64,000 nucleotides of DNA from Haplodiscus bocki (lineage: Eukaryota): the NCBI GenBank assembly GCA_965655095.1, contig OZ296658.1:18662001-18726000 (forward strand), written 5' to 3'. Within the stretch, counting starts at the first letter, position 1. The number at the start of each line of letters is the position of its first letter. The notes under the pieces are model-generated. The model was not told the DNA's origin and searched no databases. It saw nothing but the letters and a program-made list of their open reading frames with translations. The translations under genes and the position numbers were made by a program. Of the stretch, positions 14,401 through 26,719 are shown one piece after another.

Positions 14401-15410
14401 TTGTTTTTGCGGACTTAACTTCAAAGATAAAGCACTAAGGTTTTAAAAAACGTTTTATAAACGTGGATTATCATGTTTCGTTCACAAAATAAACCAATTG
14501 AAATCCCCCTCAGGCAAACCAAAACTTAATGAGAGAAAATGGTGGCTTGCGGAGTCTCTTTATACCACTTCAAAAGTTTACCTTTTGTGGACATTAATAG
14601 AGGACTAGAAGTTTCCAAATTACCTTTGAAATGAATAAAATTAAAGCTTTTTTCGCAAAAAACATCAAAAATTGTCTGGCAGCCATTAAAATATACTTTA
14701 AGATACATTGGAGTGCTCTAGTTATACTAATACCTGTTTGAAGTAGTTCGATGACCTTGCTGCCAAAAAAACTGAATAGAAAAAAGTCCTCGAAGTACCC
14801 GAAAATTGCTTGACTTTCAGGTTCATTTCTTCAAAAAATCTATGGACAATTTTTTACCCCTGAGCTAAGTGATTGATTAAGCAGAGTCTCCTCGTTAAGT
14901 TTGTGCAAAATCTACTTAATTAGGAGGCCTTCATTTGAAAATAAAACTATTTCTTGAGAGACAAATTTAGTCCAGCGATCCAAAAACAGCTTGATTTTCA
15001 ACTTTTTCAGTAAGAAATTCATCAAGAAAGTGTCGCACCGGAAAAAATATCAAATATCATTCTAGGTGATAGATTGGTGTTTTGCCGTGGCGTTTCCGCA
15101 TAAAAAAAGTAGATATTTTCGTCACATAGGTAGGTCTTAGCCAGAATCTATGTTTTTGAGATCATGTAGGGCAGCAAAACGCTAGAGATTTCGATTTTTG
15201 AGTTTTGGATTTTTATATGGAATTCTACAAGTTTAAGGTAACATTTTTACGAAAAAAAGGCTGAAAAATTCGAAAGCGGAAGCGAGTAAAACAAGCACTT
15301 GTTATTTCTTGCCGTATATGTAATATACAAGAAAAAATATTCATTCAGTGGAGTCGTTTTTCTTTTTTTTTCAGACCAAAATTGCCGAATCTTTTTATTC
15401 AAAACTAAAT

Positions 15411-15479
15411 GACAGCGGTAGGCTTAGGACAACAAAGTTCTCAAGCAGTAGGTTCGAGGTTCGAGTCACTGCCCTGCCA
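15411..15479 (+). pseudogene. tRNA-Glu-derived segment inside repeat element
   Basis: GACAGCGGTAGGCTTAGGACAACAAAGTTCTCAAGCAGTAGGTTCGAGGTTCGAGTCACTGCCCTGCCA, homologous to 11332-11400. Confidence 0.55.
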
Positions 15480-15610
15480 AAAACTTTTACGATTTATCCC
15501 TAGCATTTTTCGATACCCAAAATTAGTAAAACACTAAGGGGTACCCCTACGAAAATTTTCGGCACTGTGAGACAAAAAATTTTTGACAGAAAATCGTGAT
15601 ACTCCCTCGC

Positions 15611-15690
15611 TCCTCCTCCTCCTCCTCCTCCTCCTCCTCCTCCTCCTCCTCCTCCTCCTCCTCCTCCTCCTCCTCCTGCCCCCCCCCCCC
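15611..15690. repeat. (TCC)~22 microsatellite followed by poly-C
   Basis: Directly visible; sits inside the first monomer of the family A element. Confidence 0.97.
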
Positions 15691-16965
15691 TCTTTTCCAT
15701 AAAGTTTTGCGATACCTGAAACTTTGTGAAACAGAGAAGGGTTCCCCTACGAAGTTTTTCGGTACTGTGAGACAACAATAGAAAATCGTGATATTTCCCT
15801 CATAAGCATAAAATTTTTGGATACCCGAAATTATGAATCACTGAAGGGTTCCCCTTCGAAACTTTTCGGCACTGTGAGAAAAAAAGTTTTCGACGGAAAA
15901 TCTTGATACCCCCCCCCCTCTCTTATCCCTTACATTTTTCGATAACAGAAATTTTCTGAAACACAGAAGGGTTCCTCTACGAAATTTTTTGGCACTGTGA
16001 GACAAAAATTTTTCAACGGAAAATCGTGATAACCTTTTGCATAAAGTACAGAAATCAGTGGTGGAATTGAAGTTTGTAAAAACTCTTTGAAAACTAAATT
16101 CAAACAGTAGTTTTGTTTTTAACCGTTTGCAAAAATTGATCAAAATATTTGTAATGGGGCGAAAAATATGCCGGTGCTAGCCGGCCGTCTTGTTAATAAT
16201 TCATTCATTAATTAATGCGAGTTACGGCCACAAGAAAGCAGGACGCCTTGCCAGCTTAATAACAAACTGTAACTACGAAACTAAGATGGCACGGTCTGGC
16301 GACGGAACATCGAATGATGTCACTTTCAAATGAGTTGCGTCATGTGAGGCAACCATGGAAGACAAATACTGTACCTCCTTCTATTCAAAAAAATTTCTAT
16401 CTATGAAAATATTGGCAATTGATGCCTGATTGACAGACCAATCTCGATAAAATTTTAACTGCAATGCGTTCTGATCTTTATGGTTTCTGAAAAAAAGTTG
16501 GAAATTGGTTTTGGACGACCTGTGACAATTTACGGCCCCTCAAACTGGAGATTGAATTGGTGGTCTACAATCTTTATGTTCAAACTCTTGGAACGAGAAC
16601 AACGGCTAAACAAGCGCTGTTTTATTTTAGGCAGCGCTTTACTCCAGAAAACAGCCGACTACAACAGTGACTTACTTTTTGAAAGCTGAAAGGTGTCGTA
16701 AGTTCGAAAGTGAACTTGTTCTGCTGGTGCAGAGGGTAGCAAAGCCAGATGAACGGGTTCGACACGCCACAAATTCCAAAAATGTTATACCTTGGAAAAC
16801 TTTCAAAACTATCTCACCTCCCGCAAAAAATTCTTTCCCATAACCAATAATTTTTGATGACCCCTAAATTTTTTTCTGATACCGCCTCAGAATATTTTGA
16901 CCCGAGTTGAGGTCTCAGAAGCATGCAGCGCTCATCAGCTCCGTGACAAAAATTGTCGACACCGA

Positions 16966-17287
16966 CCAGGGTTGTTTTAGTTCTGATTCAGCGCTGTATT
17001 TTACCTGAAAATCTCAACAGCGCTCTAACAACACAATTTTTAAGAGCCAAAATCAGCGCTGAGCAGCGCTATATTTTTCTGAAATGGTGCTAAACGATGC
17101 TGATTTTTATTGGATTAAGGATGCCAATTTATCACTGAATTTTCAATTATTCAAATTATTTCGAGGTGCAGAGCTCAAAAACTGATTTTCAGAGCTAATA
17201 AAAACAGCGGTGATCAGCGCTAATATTTTCCACCTGCTCTGAAACAGAGCTGATCAGCCATGATTTGCTCTAAGACTTCCACCCTGG
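16966..17287. mobile_element. MITE-like element with CCAGGGT...ACCCTGG termini (hAT-like ends) and repeated CAGCGCT motifs
   Basis: Terminal inverted 7-mer; AGCGCT repeated at ~16991, 17019, 17055, 17065 and 17216; no TSD recognised. Confidence 0.5.
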
Positions 17288-18076
17288 AAATTTCACGAGT
17301 AACACCTTCTTCAGATTTTCTTCAAGAATGTATTCGGAAACTATTGCAAATATTTTGATTTTTTTTCTGAAATATGCGGATTGAGAGAATGTCAAACTTT
17401 GGTGTTGCTCAAAAAGTTAAATTTTGAATGACTTTAATGAAACTTGATTCTTTTAATCTTTTTCATGTTTTTATTTAATAGACAAAACGCAGTTCATCAT
17501 CCTACACTTTTTGTGCCATTTTTTTCTGAAAACTGCCCTTCAAAAAGTCACTCTTGTGGACCCAACACCTTTTCCTTAACTTTTAAACACGCCCATTACT
17601 TTTCACCGTGTTAGTTGAATTAGTTAGTCAACTTAGTTAATGCTCTTGTTAGTCCGTTTTTTCTGTGGCGCCTTTAATTGGTATGAAAAGTGAATGACAT
17701 TGCAGCTCACAATAGAGGCCATGAATTAATTCTTGTGTTATCGCTTCCTGTCACAGCCCGTCAATTTTCGGGTCTACGAACTGGAGGAAAGCAGAGGCCA
17801 TTAATTGTCAAACATGGGGCCCAAATTGCACTTGCAGTCGACCAGAAATGATTGATAATCTCAAAATTTCCTCTAGAATCTGTCACTCTTTCTACAGTGA
17901 GTGCTGCTGAAAGAACTAACCAATTCACTGGTTGCTCAAGTACTGAGAAAGTACCAATTAATGGCAAAGTCCAGTGCTCCAGATACTGCAAAGGCCGGAA
18001 TAATCAATAATGTTTCCAGAAAAAGGTCTATTATAAATGCTCCAAAATTTTACTTTCAAGACTTACAAGTTTGTTT

Positions 18077-18310
18077 AAGGGATCTGGGATCTTTTGTGTG
18101 ACCCCCCCTACTGATTTACCTAATCCCCACATCATATAAGATATGCGAAATAATGAGCGGCGTAATGGTTTAATTCCCGCGCAAGTGAATTTTAGCCAAT
18201 CAGAAAAGACTTCGCTTCCCCGTTGGGATGGGAGTTAGTTAAAATAATTCTCGTTACTACTCGTGGGAGGGGGAGGAGGAGGGGTTGTTAACACAAAAGA
18301 TGACCTTCTT
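18077..18310. mobile_element. MITE, copy 1 of 3
   Basis: Inverted ends ATCTTTTGTGT / ACACAAAAGAT; core GGCGTAATGGTTTA..TTTTAGCCAATCAGA shared with 19141-19317 and, more diverged, 38355-38546. Confidence 0.7.
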
Positions 18311-19140
18311 TAGGAAATCGCTAAGATAAACGGAAGTAGTTTCATGTCTGAAAGTTAACTTGAAAAAAAATGTCTTTTAATTCCACGATAATCATTCTTT
18401 GGTCATGCCATGATCATGCCATGGTGAGTAAGAAACACCAGGACCATATGGTGCCATTCCATGGTCGTCAAATTTGACCATAGTCGTAAACCTGGGAAGT
18501 CATTTTCTCATGTTCATGTTCAAAAGGTTGATTTTTGACGATAGCTGCACAACACAATTTTACAAATAAATTAAATTTATCAGAACAATTATTTTTGTTG
18601 AAGAAAAAGAAAAAAATGTGCAAGCGTTTTATTCACTTCTTTCCATAGATTCCACAAAGGATATCTTTTAGCAAAAAAATCAATGCTGCGTCAGGTACGT
18701 CATCGCAGAAGCAGCGTTTCATGTGGTTGAAGTTCAACAAGCCGAAAATTGTTGTAACCGAGCGTTCTCTCGAGGGAACGTTCTTCACATTGGGGGAAGG
18801 GAATCGCAAAATTTTGAGGTAATAATTGCATGATTGAAATTTTTCACATTCGCTCAGTCAATAAAATTGAAAAACATTTAGCGTTTCTGCATTTTTCACG
18901 TTCGTCTAAAATATTGCGCGGCTACAGTAAATTTGAATCGTCCAGAGACTTTTCGTAGAATCTTGGAAAGCCTAATTGGTTCATCAGACGTCTGCTTGTC
19001 AAGCTGGCAGACATCTACTGTCTCCAAAAATTATTTCATTGCATCTGAAATCAATTTTTTAACTTAATAGGTTTAAACGAAAGATCAGGGCCAGATTTAT
19101 TCAATTCGAAGTACCTTTAAAAGCAGGAAATTACAGAAAA

Positions 19141-19317
19141 AGGGTGGGATCTTTTCTGTTACCCCCCCCCCCCACCACCAACCACTGATTTAACTCATCC
19201 GCAAACCATAATGAATCAACAAAATAATAAGTGGCGTAATGGTTTATTTAACTCAAGCGTGAGTAAATTTTAGCCAATCAGAGAAGCGGTGGGGGAGGTA
19301 ACAAAAAAGAGGTGGTT
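19141..19317. mobile_element. MITE, copy 2 of 3 (internally deleted)
   Basis: GGGATCTTTTCTGTTACCCC...GGGGAGGTAACAAAAAAGA ends and the same core as 18077-18310. Confidence 0.7.
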
Positions 19318-19630
19318 TTCATATAAATCTCAAGGCTTCACTTTGGATAATTTAAGATGAAGGGATTTGAGGGCTGTCATTTTGTAAAATTTGGGCATTT
19401 TGAACTTGAACAGACAATATAAAAACAAAATTTCCCATCCGCTATGAAAATTAAAGTTCACTTGAAAAGTGTTTCAGAAGAAAAAACAGACAAAAATGGC
19501 AGAAAAAACTTACCAATAGAGTTCCAGCAAGTATTTGACCAGCGTACCTACTGGAAGCATATTCGAGCTCGTTGTAGCAAGAAAGAGGAATTTTTCAAGT
19601 TGAAATTGTGAACAAGTTAAGTTACAGTAC

Positions 19631-20128
19631 TTTTCATTTTCCGCCCATATATATTTAGAAAATTGAAGGAAAATCATCTACACAACGCGGTACGATTTTT
19701 CACGTTTACTTGCCAATTATCCAGTCAAAATGACCGCAGGACGATGATGAATTTGATTTTTTTTACACCAAGTAATAGCAAACTTGCCGTCGAATTCGAC
19801 TGAAATACAAAGATTTCTCAAATACCAGCGAAAAGTGGGTTTTTAGAAATTTTATTAGAAGAAAAACCTGATTTCTTCTTCAAAATCGGTAAAGGTGGCA
19901 AAATTGTCGTAGAATGCGTACCAAATGATATTCATTTCTTAAAAAATTATCTTCCACCTTAAGTGAGGAGTTTTTATTAGACAATTTTAATTAGAAAAAA
20001 AAAGGACATTTTTTAAATTTGCAAAAATTACAAAATTTGATGATGAGTTTTTTTTGAAGAAAAAAACGCTTTCATCCTTTTAAAATTTGTGTGCTAAAAA
20101 TATGCCGGTGGCAGCCGGCTGTCTTGTT
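19631..20128 (+). mobile_element. Helentron/DINE-like element (family B)
   Basis: 5' ATTTTCCGCC, body with AAAGGTGGCAAAATTG..GAATGCGTA, 3' hairpin GCCGGTGGCAGCCGGC plus TGTCTTGTT; body shared with the 41550, 46294 and 50309 copies. Confidence 0.7.
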
Positions 20129-22639
20129 TTAAAGCGTCTTTGCTCAAAAAACGATAACAGCCAAAAATTTCAGAAGTTTTTTGGGCGCTTAGCATCTTCA
20201 TTTACAGAATCGAAAAGAATGTAAACCGGTAAGTGTCAGTGGCAGTTGTAATTTTTTTGTACAAATTTAACGAACTTCGAACTTCAGTGCTTTTAAACAG
20301 GTTGCAACAGCTGGTTTTATTTTGATTAATTCGTATGGAAAAATGATCGCCCTTCATGTTGACCGCAAAAAGAAACACTAAACGAACCGGTCAAAATTTT
20401 CAAGGTACTTAGAAAAAAAACCTACATGGCCATGAAATCTGCAGTAAAAAGTAAATACTCCGTAAAAACAGAAAAAAACTTGCAATCCCACATTTATTGC
20501 ATTTTTCATCATTTTCCGTCTTAAGTTTAGGTTACGTCGAAAACTAAGTATGATGCCGCAAAAATGGGTCTGCTTTTCGCAAAAAATGAACTTTTGGGTA
20601 ACTTGCTGAATCTCAACCAAGATTCATCCATGACATTCTGGAAAACATGGAATGCAAACAGAATGGCATAGTTGTGATGAGTGTATGTTTGTGAACAGCA
20701 ACAAACCGTCTAGTTCCAAATGATGTCACACAACAACTGCTGGTAAACTAATACCAAATATAATGAGGCAATTTTCAGAACTCAATTTATCTGATAATAA
20801 TAGAGGGTTAATTCTAACGGTTTCAACAAATGCTTCATGAAATGATAAGTCACAGACCTGCTCATACGTTGGTAATGAAGACAGCTGTTAAATGCAAAAA
20901 CACATTGATAGCAGGTATGTAGAAACGATGACGATGCACCAGGAAAACAGCATTATTTCAATCCAACAAACTTTTTGATTATAAGCGGGCCCACAATGAC
21001 ATTCAGTCTTGTAACTTGTCACCGTGGATCAACAAAACTGGAGCATGATTGCTGCTTTCAAACGTGTCATAGAACACACAAAAGTGGAATGATCCCTTGA
21101 CGTTGTAGCATTAAAAAATATGAAATTACAGTCTCGAGAAATTTGGAAGATGTTGTTGTTGAGAAAACAATTCTCAAACATGCAGTAGTTCCAGGAAAGA
21201 GAAAACAAATGGAGTAAGTTTTCTACTTGCTTTTTGAGCAACTTTTTTGAAATACAAATTAGTAAAGACTTCATCAAGCGTTGCAGTCATTAACGGCTGG
21301 GTTTGGGAGTTATCCACACTAAAACGAAGAGATATTTTGAATCGGCAACTATTTATTCTAAATTTACCGGCAATTTTCGGTTACGCGAGCAATTTTACTA
21401 AACGGTGTGTTTTCAGAAAATTACTTATCTCGAACGTGCTTTTCATAGCAAAAAAAGTTTACGAAAATCGTTGGAAATTCCCCTAATCTGCCACGTGCAA
21501 CTAAGCAAGCTGTCACATCCGTAATTGACTCTCAGCGTGCTTTTACCCATTCGGCAGAAAAATCGTTTGTGCAGTGAGTTGGAGGGCAGAGAATGGCCAC
21601 AATTTGGACCCCACGACGAGGGAAAACGTTTCATTTCTTCTGGAGCTGCAAGTAACTGAAAAAGTTGAGCAGTTTCTTACTTTTGACTCCAGTCCCTTAT
21701 TTCAAAGGAGAATTCTAAAATTTGCAATGGAGAAAATGGGCCTAATTCAACACAGGTCAGAATGGCACTCACTTGGAAAAAAAAAGATAACGGTGTAATT
21801 TATCAAGTGTGAACCACCTACTCAAGTTTGAAAGGCCATAGAAACCTACAATTCATGTTTCGCAGAAGTTTAAAAAGGTAGAATTTTAATTTTGAGTTTT
21901 CATTGCGCTGAAAAACTTCAAATCTTATATAACCAGGAGTCAGGTTCTATCGGACCTGGGATTCGTTGTAATCAACGGCTTCAAAAGAGCGTTTCCCGAT
22001 GTGTCAAAATCAAAAGTTGCTTTTTCTACTTTGCTCAGGTTGTTTACCAAAAAGTAAAAGGACATGACTTGTAGACACGTTGTCTTGAAGGTCACCAGAC
22101 TAGGAAAACTATTATGCACTTACTGGATCTGGCGCGTAACCCATACAATCTGGAGACCGTTTCCCCTGAAATAATTTAATATTTGAGAAACCCTATTTCG
22201 CATTAACTGGTCGCCTAGTCCGCTAATCAATGTCAATTTTAGACCGTGAAATACTGAAATTTTTTACCAAAACGGCGATGGCAGCTGCGGGGGACAAAGA
22301 CAATCCCCGTGTTTGGAAAGGTGCCACCTGGTTCTCCAGAATGGAATGAGATTCGCACACCCAAATTCTGGAAAGTTCTTGCTATTTTGCTTCAAGAACA
22401 AAATTGGACGCACGCTAAAACTGCAACAATTGCAGAAGCAAGAGGCGAAGCAAGGACTCCCATTGTGCTCAAAGCAACTATATTTTACAAGTCATTTCGA
22501 TAGGTTATCAAAACAAGAAGCCCAGAAACGCTGCAACATATTCCGTTGACTGTAAGTCAGAACTGATTCAGAAATCGAAATGAAATTGCTGAAAACTTCA
22601 AAAAATAAACATAAGTACCCTAGGGTGAGGTTAGAGAAG

Positions 22640-23130
22640 ACTTGTTCTTAGCTCAGTGGGTACAATTTTTTGACAAAAACTAGTATTCTCAAAACTGATT
22701 TTCAGAGGAACATTATGAGCGATTTTTCCGAAAAAAATTTGAAATTTTAGATTTTTTTTCGGGCTTAGAGCAAAAAAAAACTTTTGGTTGGTGTTCTCAA
22801 AAGTGATTGCTATGTGTTTAGGGGAACATTTCGGGCGGAAACAAACTGTTTCAAAAAATTTACGAGTTTATAATTTTTTTCAGACTTTGAGTGAACAATT
22901 TTCGGCTACTGTAGTCAAAACTGCAGTTACGTGTGTTGAAGATCACTTGAGGGATTTTTTTTTAAAAAAATTAAATTTATATGTTTTTTGAACTCTAAGC
23001 GAAAACGTTTCGGACATCGAGCTAAACTTTTCGGCGGAGTTGTCAAAACAGGATACTACCTACGTGTCTATAGGAACTTTTTCGAGCTTAAAATTTTGTC
23101 ATACGTCATCATGTTGACGCGGAATTTGCA
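22640..23130. repeat. Diverged interspersed repeat with ~110-125 bp internal periodicity
   Basis: Recurrent (T/G)TCAAAA(C/G)TG...(G)GAACAT-like motifs at ~22690, 22795, 22915 and 23042. Confidence 0.45.
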
Positions 23131-24128
23131 AATGATAAATATTTAATATGAAATTTTTCTACTTAGTCAAACGTGAGCCTCTTCGTTTCCTAGTTTCCCA
23201 ATGCAGTCCGTTTCTTATCATTTAACCCCCTCCCTCAGTAGTCAAACTACCTCTAGCTTTTATGAAACGTTACGTTTTTAAAGTACGAAAGGGCCTCCAG
23301 GGTTTTTAGTGTCAACATTTATCAAAACCACTAGACCCAGACGAAGGGGGAATTGTTTTCTTGTTCAGATCCTAGATCGCTTAGAAATCTTTCGTGTCAA
23401 GGACCTTACCCCAAAAAGTGTTAGCACTTCTCTCTGCCGACTAATTGAGCCCAAAAGGAACTATTGACTCAGCGATTGTTATGTCTTGGTATGAAAACTC
23501 ATCATCAAAATCAGATGAATGGAACAAAAATTAAAAGTTTTATTTCAACACTTATATTAAAAAATAATAATGTTTTTTGAAGTAAAAAGAACCAATTATC
23601 GTTGATGATGTGATGTGTTTGAAAAAATCAGATACTCCAGATTTTTTCATCTATATTTTTGAAATTTGATTTTTTACTGATTCCGAAAAAAGCTGTTGAC
23701 AAAGGAAGAATTTTTCAAAAACTTTTGGCCACTTAATTGGATAAGAGGAGCAGATACTGAGAAGAGATGAAGCAAAAAAATTTGAAAACTTGTAATTTTT
23801 TCTCAAGTTTTTACATTCTCTGAGCCTTTTAACTTGCTCAGTCTGAGGTTTGGAAATGACCTTTCTTTCGATGCCACCATGATGAATTGTCACTGAATGT
23901 CCTTCCGAAAAAAATCAATCATGATTTTTAATCTAATTTTCTTTTGTTGTAAATTTTTGATGGTGTAATTTGTTTCTTTTTTCCCTTGAATGCGCTTAAA
24001 AATAAAAAAAATAGCAAGGTCAATGAAAGAATCCGCGCATTTCAAAAAACTGCTTTTGCAGAGGTTTTCCTAGTTTTCTTCATTTTTACATGACGGATGT
24101 TATGCTTGGATAATCATTTCCGATTTAA

Positions 24129-24131
<3 letters not shown>

Positions 24132-24162
<31 letters not shown>
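24132..24162. repeat. (TC)n microsatellite
   Basis: Directly visible. Confidence 0.97.
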
Positions 24163-24163
<1 letters not shown>

Positions 24164-26719
24164 AACACCAACTTTTAACAAGAGTTTTTTTTTCTTCTTT
24201 TCAGCAACCTTGCTGTTACCGAGAGTCTCTTAGTTGAACTAGGCGAAAGTTGAAACAATACGAAAATTATCAAAAGAAAAAAATTTTCTTTTTAAATTTT
24301 GTTGTACCTCTACCGAAATTCGAATTATTTAAAAACATGTAGTCGGTTAAAATTAATTAAGAAAAAAAATAAAGTTATACTCATCTGTTTTTACCGTAAA
24401 ATAGAACATGGCGCAGAAACAAAGAATAATTTACATAATTTGAAAAACCTCACAAAATGCAATGAAATCAAAAAATCATTGCCGAAGAGAAGAAACACTT
24501 TCAATGCTATGACGAGAAAAGAACAGATGGCAAGAAATTTTATGTTCCACGACAAAAGCTGGAAAATTTCAGACATACTATTAAAAGAGGCGCAGTCGCG
24601 GGGTGATATTATCTGACGAAGGTGCGTAGAAATGATTGATCAAACATTCAGAAACATTCATCATCAACTTTTCACTGAAAAAAAGTTGTCGAAAGAGATT
24701 TTTTTGGGGAAAATTCAAGCCCAGAGCTTCAAAAAATGGTGAGTTCGAAAAAGAAACAGAAAAATGATTTCAGTTTTTGGCATGCATTTTGACCAATTTC
24801 AAAATGTCTGCTGCTTGCTAAAAATTGAGGAAATTCCTATAAAAGATCTTATAATAAAAAGAAAGCTGTCAATCAAAACCTTGATGTAGGAAGTCAAGCC
24901 AAAAGTTATGTGAGCAAATCTTATTTTTACCATCGGGTTTCATCAGAAGGTTTATCAGTTTTCGCCTCTTTGGACTAACATGATTCCAACGCAAGGATCA
25001 ATAATCATATTTTCTTTTGAATAGTGCTTTTCAAGTATAGAGCTGCTGTCAATTGATCCACCGATGAAAAAATTCAAGCCGGTAGCTTAAAAGAACTATG
25101 TGTTTGAGAACAAATGTCTATACTTCTGAATAACACTTTTGGCATCTCCAGCTTCTCAAGATGCAGACGCAGATAAAAAACTGACGGAATCCAAATTTTC
25201 ATCCACCGGTACAAAAACTGTTAATTGAGACTTTTGCCAGGAGATTGAGGCCAGCCGTATTGGAAATGAATGAACATCGAGATATGTCAAATTTATCAGC
25301 AACTTTTGGCACCTTCCGAGAACCCGGAAACCAAAAGAGGGGAAACACCCGATAAATGTTTTTATTCGAAATCTTCTGCTGATTGATACCTTGATGGAAA
25401 ATACCAGGCTAATTGTTCTAGGGAAAATTGAGTATGCGTATAGTGATATATCAAAACTCAAAGCAGCTTTTGCAGTCTGCGCTATCAACATTCCGATTGA
25501 TGGAGCAATTTTAATTACGTTTTCGTGCTTGACTTCCACGGGTTGAAAGCCGCCGATAGAGGTTTTGATGGAACATTTAACGCGGGTATTTTTGTAGCAT
25601 GTCGGGTTTGAAAACTTAGACCTGTATGTAATAATAACAATTTTCATGTTTTCAGACTGACAGGATTCAGACGCCAAGAGGAAAGGTGAAATTCCAAAAG
25701 CTTTTCATGAGTTAAAAAAAGCTCGTTGAGACTTTTGCAAGGTGAGTGAAGCAGGTGGGGCTAGGAAAAATTAATGTCATTCTCGAGATATGTCAGAATT
25801 TTCAGCTTTTTCCCGCCTTTTCCGAGTGTTAGGATCTTGACAGAAAGAAAAGTCAATAGTTTTCAAAGTCAGAGTCCTATACATGCCAAAGGTTTCTGGT
25901 CTAGTTGCTGATGGAAGCACTGAAGTCAATACTTCCTGAGATATATAATTTGGACCATTGAGTTGCGTCAAAAATGACAGTACATCTTTCAGCTCACGCA
26001 ATATCATGAAGATTCCGAGGAAAGTAACAAAATCTATCATTTTTGTTTTGCATAGTCCTCTGCTAGAAGCCTACTGAGTGACTCCTTCATGCAAGAAGTC
26101 AAGCTGGCAGTTTTGGACGAATATGTGTTCGAATTTCGTGTCATGTAGTTTCGGTAGCTTTTTTGTCATTTTCAGCCTGACAGGAATCCGAAGTTTATAA
26201 GAAATGGTGATTTTTTGAAACAATCTCATCCAGCAAGGGATGGTGAATGACACCCTGATGAAAGAACTGAATTACGCACTTTCGGGAAGAAATAAAATTC
26301 AAAGTCCCTCAAAATTAATGTATTTTGTTCTTTCTAACATGCAAGGATAAAAGAACAAGGTGTTGAATCGCAAAATGTTTTCGGAAACCTTTATGTTATT
26401 TTGTTTTCCGAGAAGCCAGAACATTGACGATTTTGTTACCGAGAGACGGAACCAGCTCGAAAAATTTTATATCTATTTACCTCTTCAAAATGGCATTTCA
26501 AGTTCTTCGGGCAAATCTAATTTCGTATAAAATTTCAAACTTTCATAATTTTTTCCAATTTTTGAGCAAAAACATTGCGGACTTTCAGCGTACCAAATAC
26601 TGCAATGTTGACAAAACTGCAAACTAGGTTCTCAGGTTTTCATTTTCAGCCTTTTTTTCAAAAATTTAGGCAGATGGCGCAAGCAGCGTCGGCAGACCTC
26701 GAGTTGAATAGTCTTATAT

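Larger units (their letters stand above)
15300..16194 (+). mobile_element. Non-autonomous Helentron/DINE-1-like element (family A), second copy
   Basis: 5' ATTTCTTGCC (15304-15313), 3' GGCGAAAAAT (16158-16167), hairpin GCCGGTGCTAGCCGGC (16170-16185), CGTCTTGTT end; four GGCACTGTGAGA-type monomers at 15561, 15761, 15868 and 15991. Confidence 0.75.

Noticed and set aside
15500-15781. Poly-Gly / poly-Ser ORFs
   Set aside because: Translations of the (TCC)n microsatellite within a non-coding element.
20620-21280. Hydrophobic minus-strand peptides suggestive of a membrane protein
   Set aside because: No correctly spaced family motifs; multiple stops.
24900-26300. 173-aa minus-strand ORF 25156-25677 as a gene
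   Set aside because: Only faint retroelement-like wording; could not assign motifs confidently.
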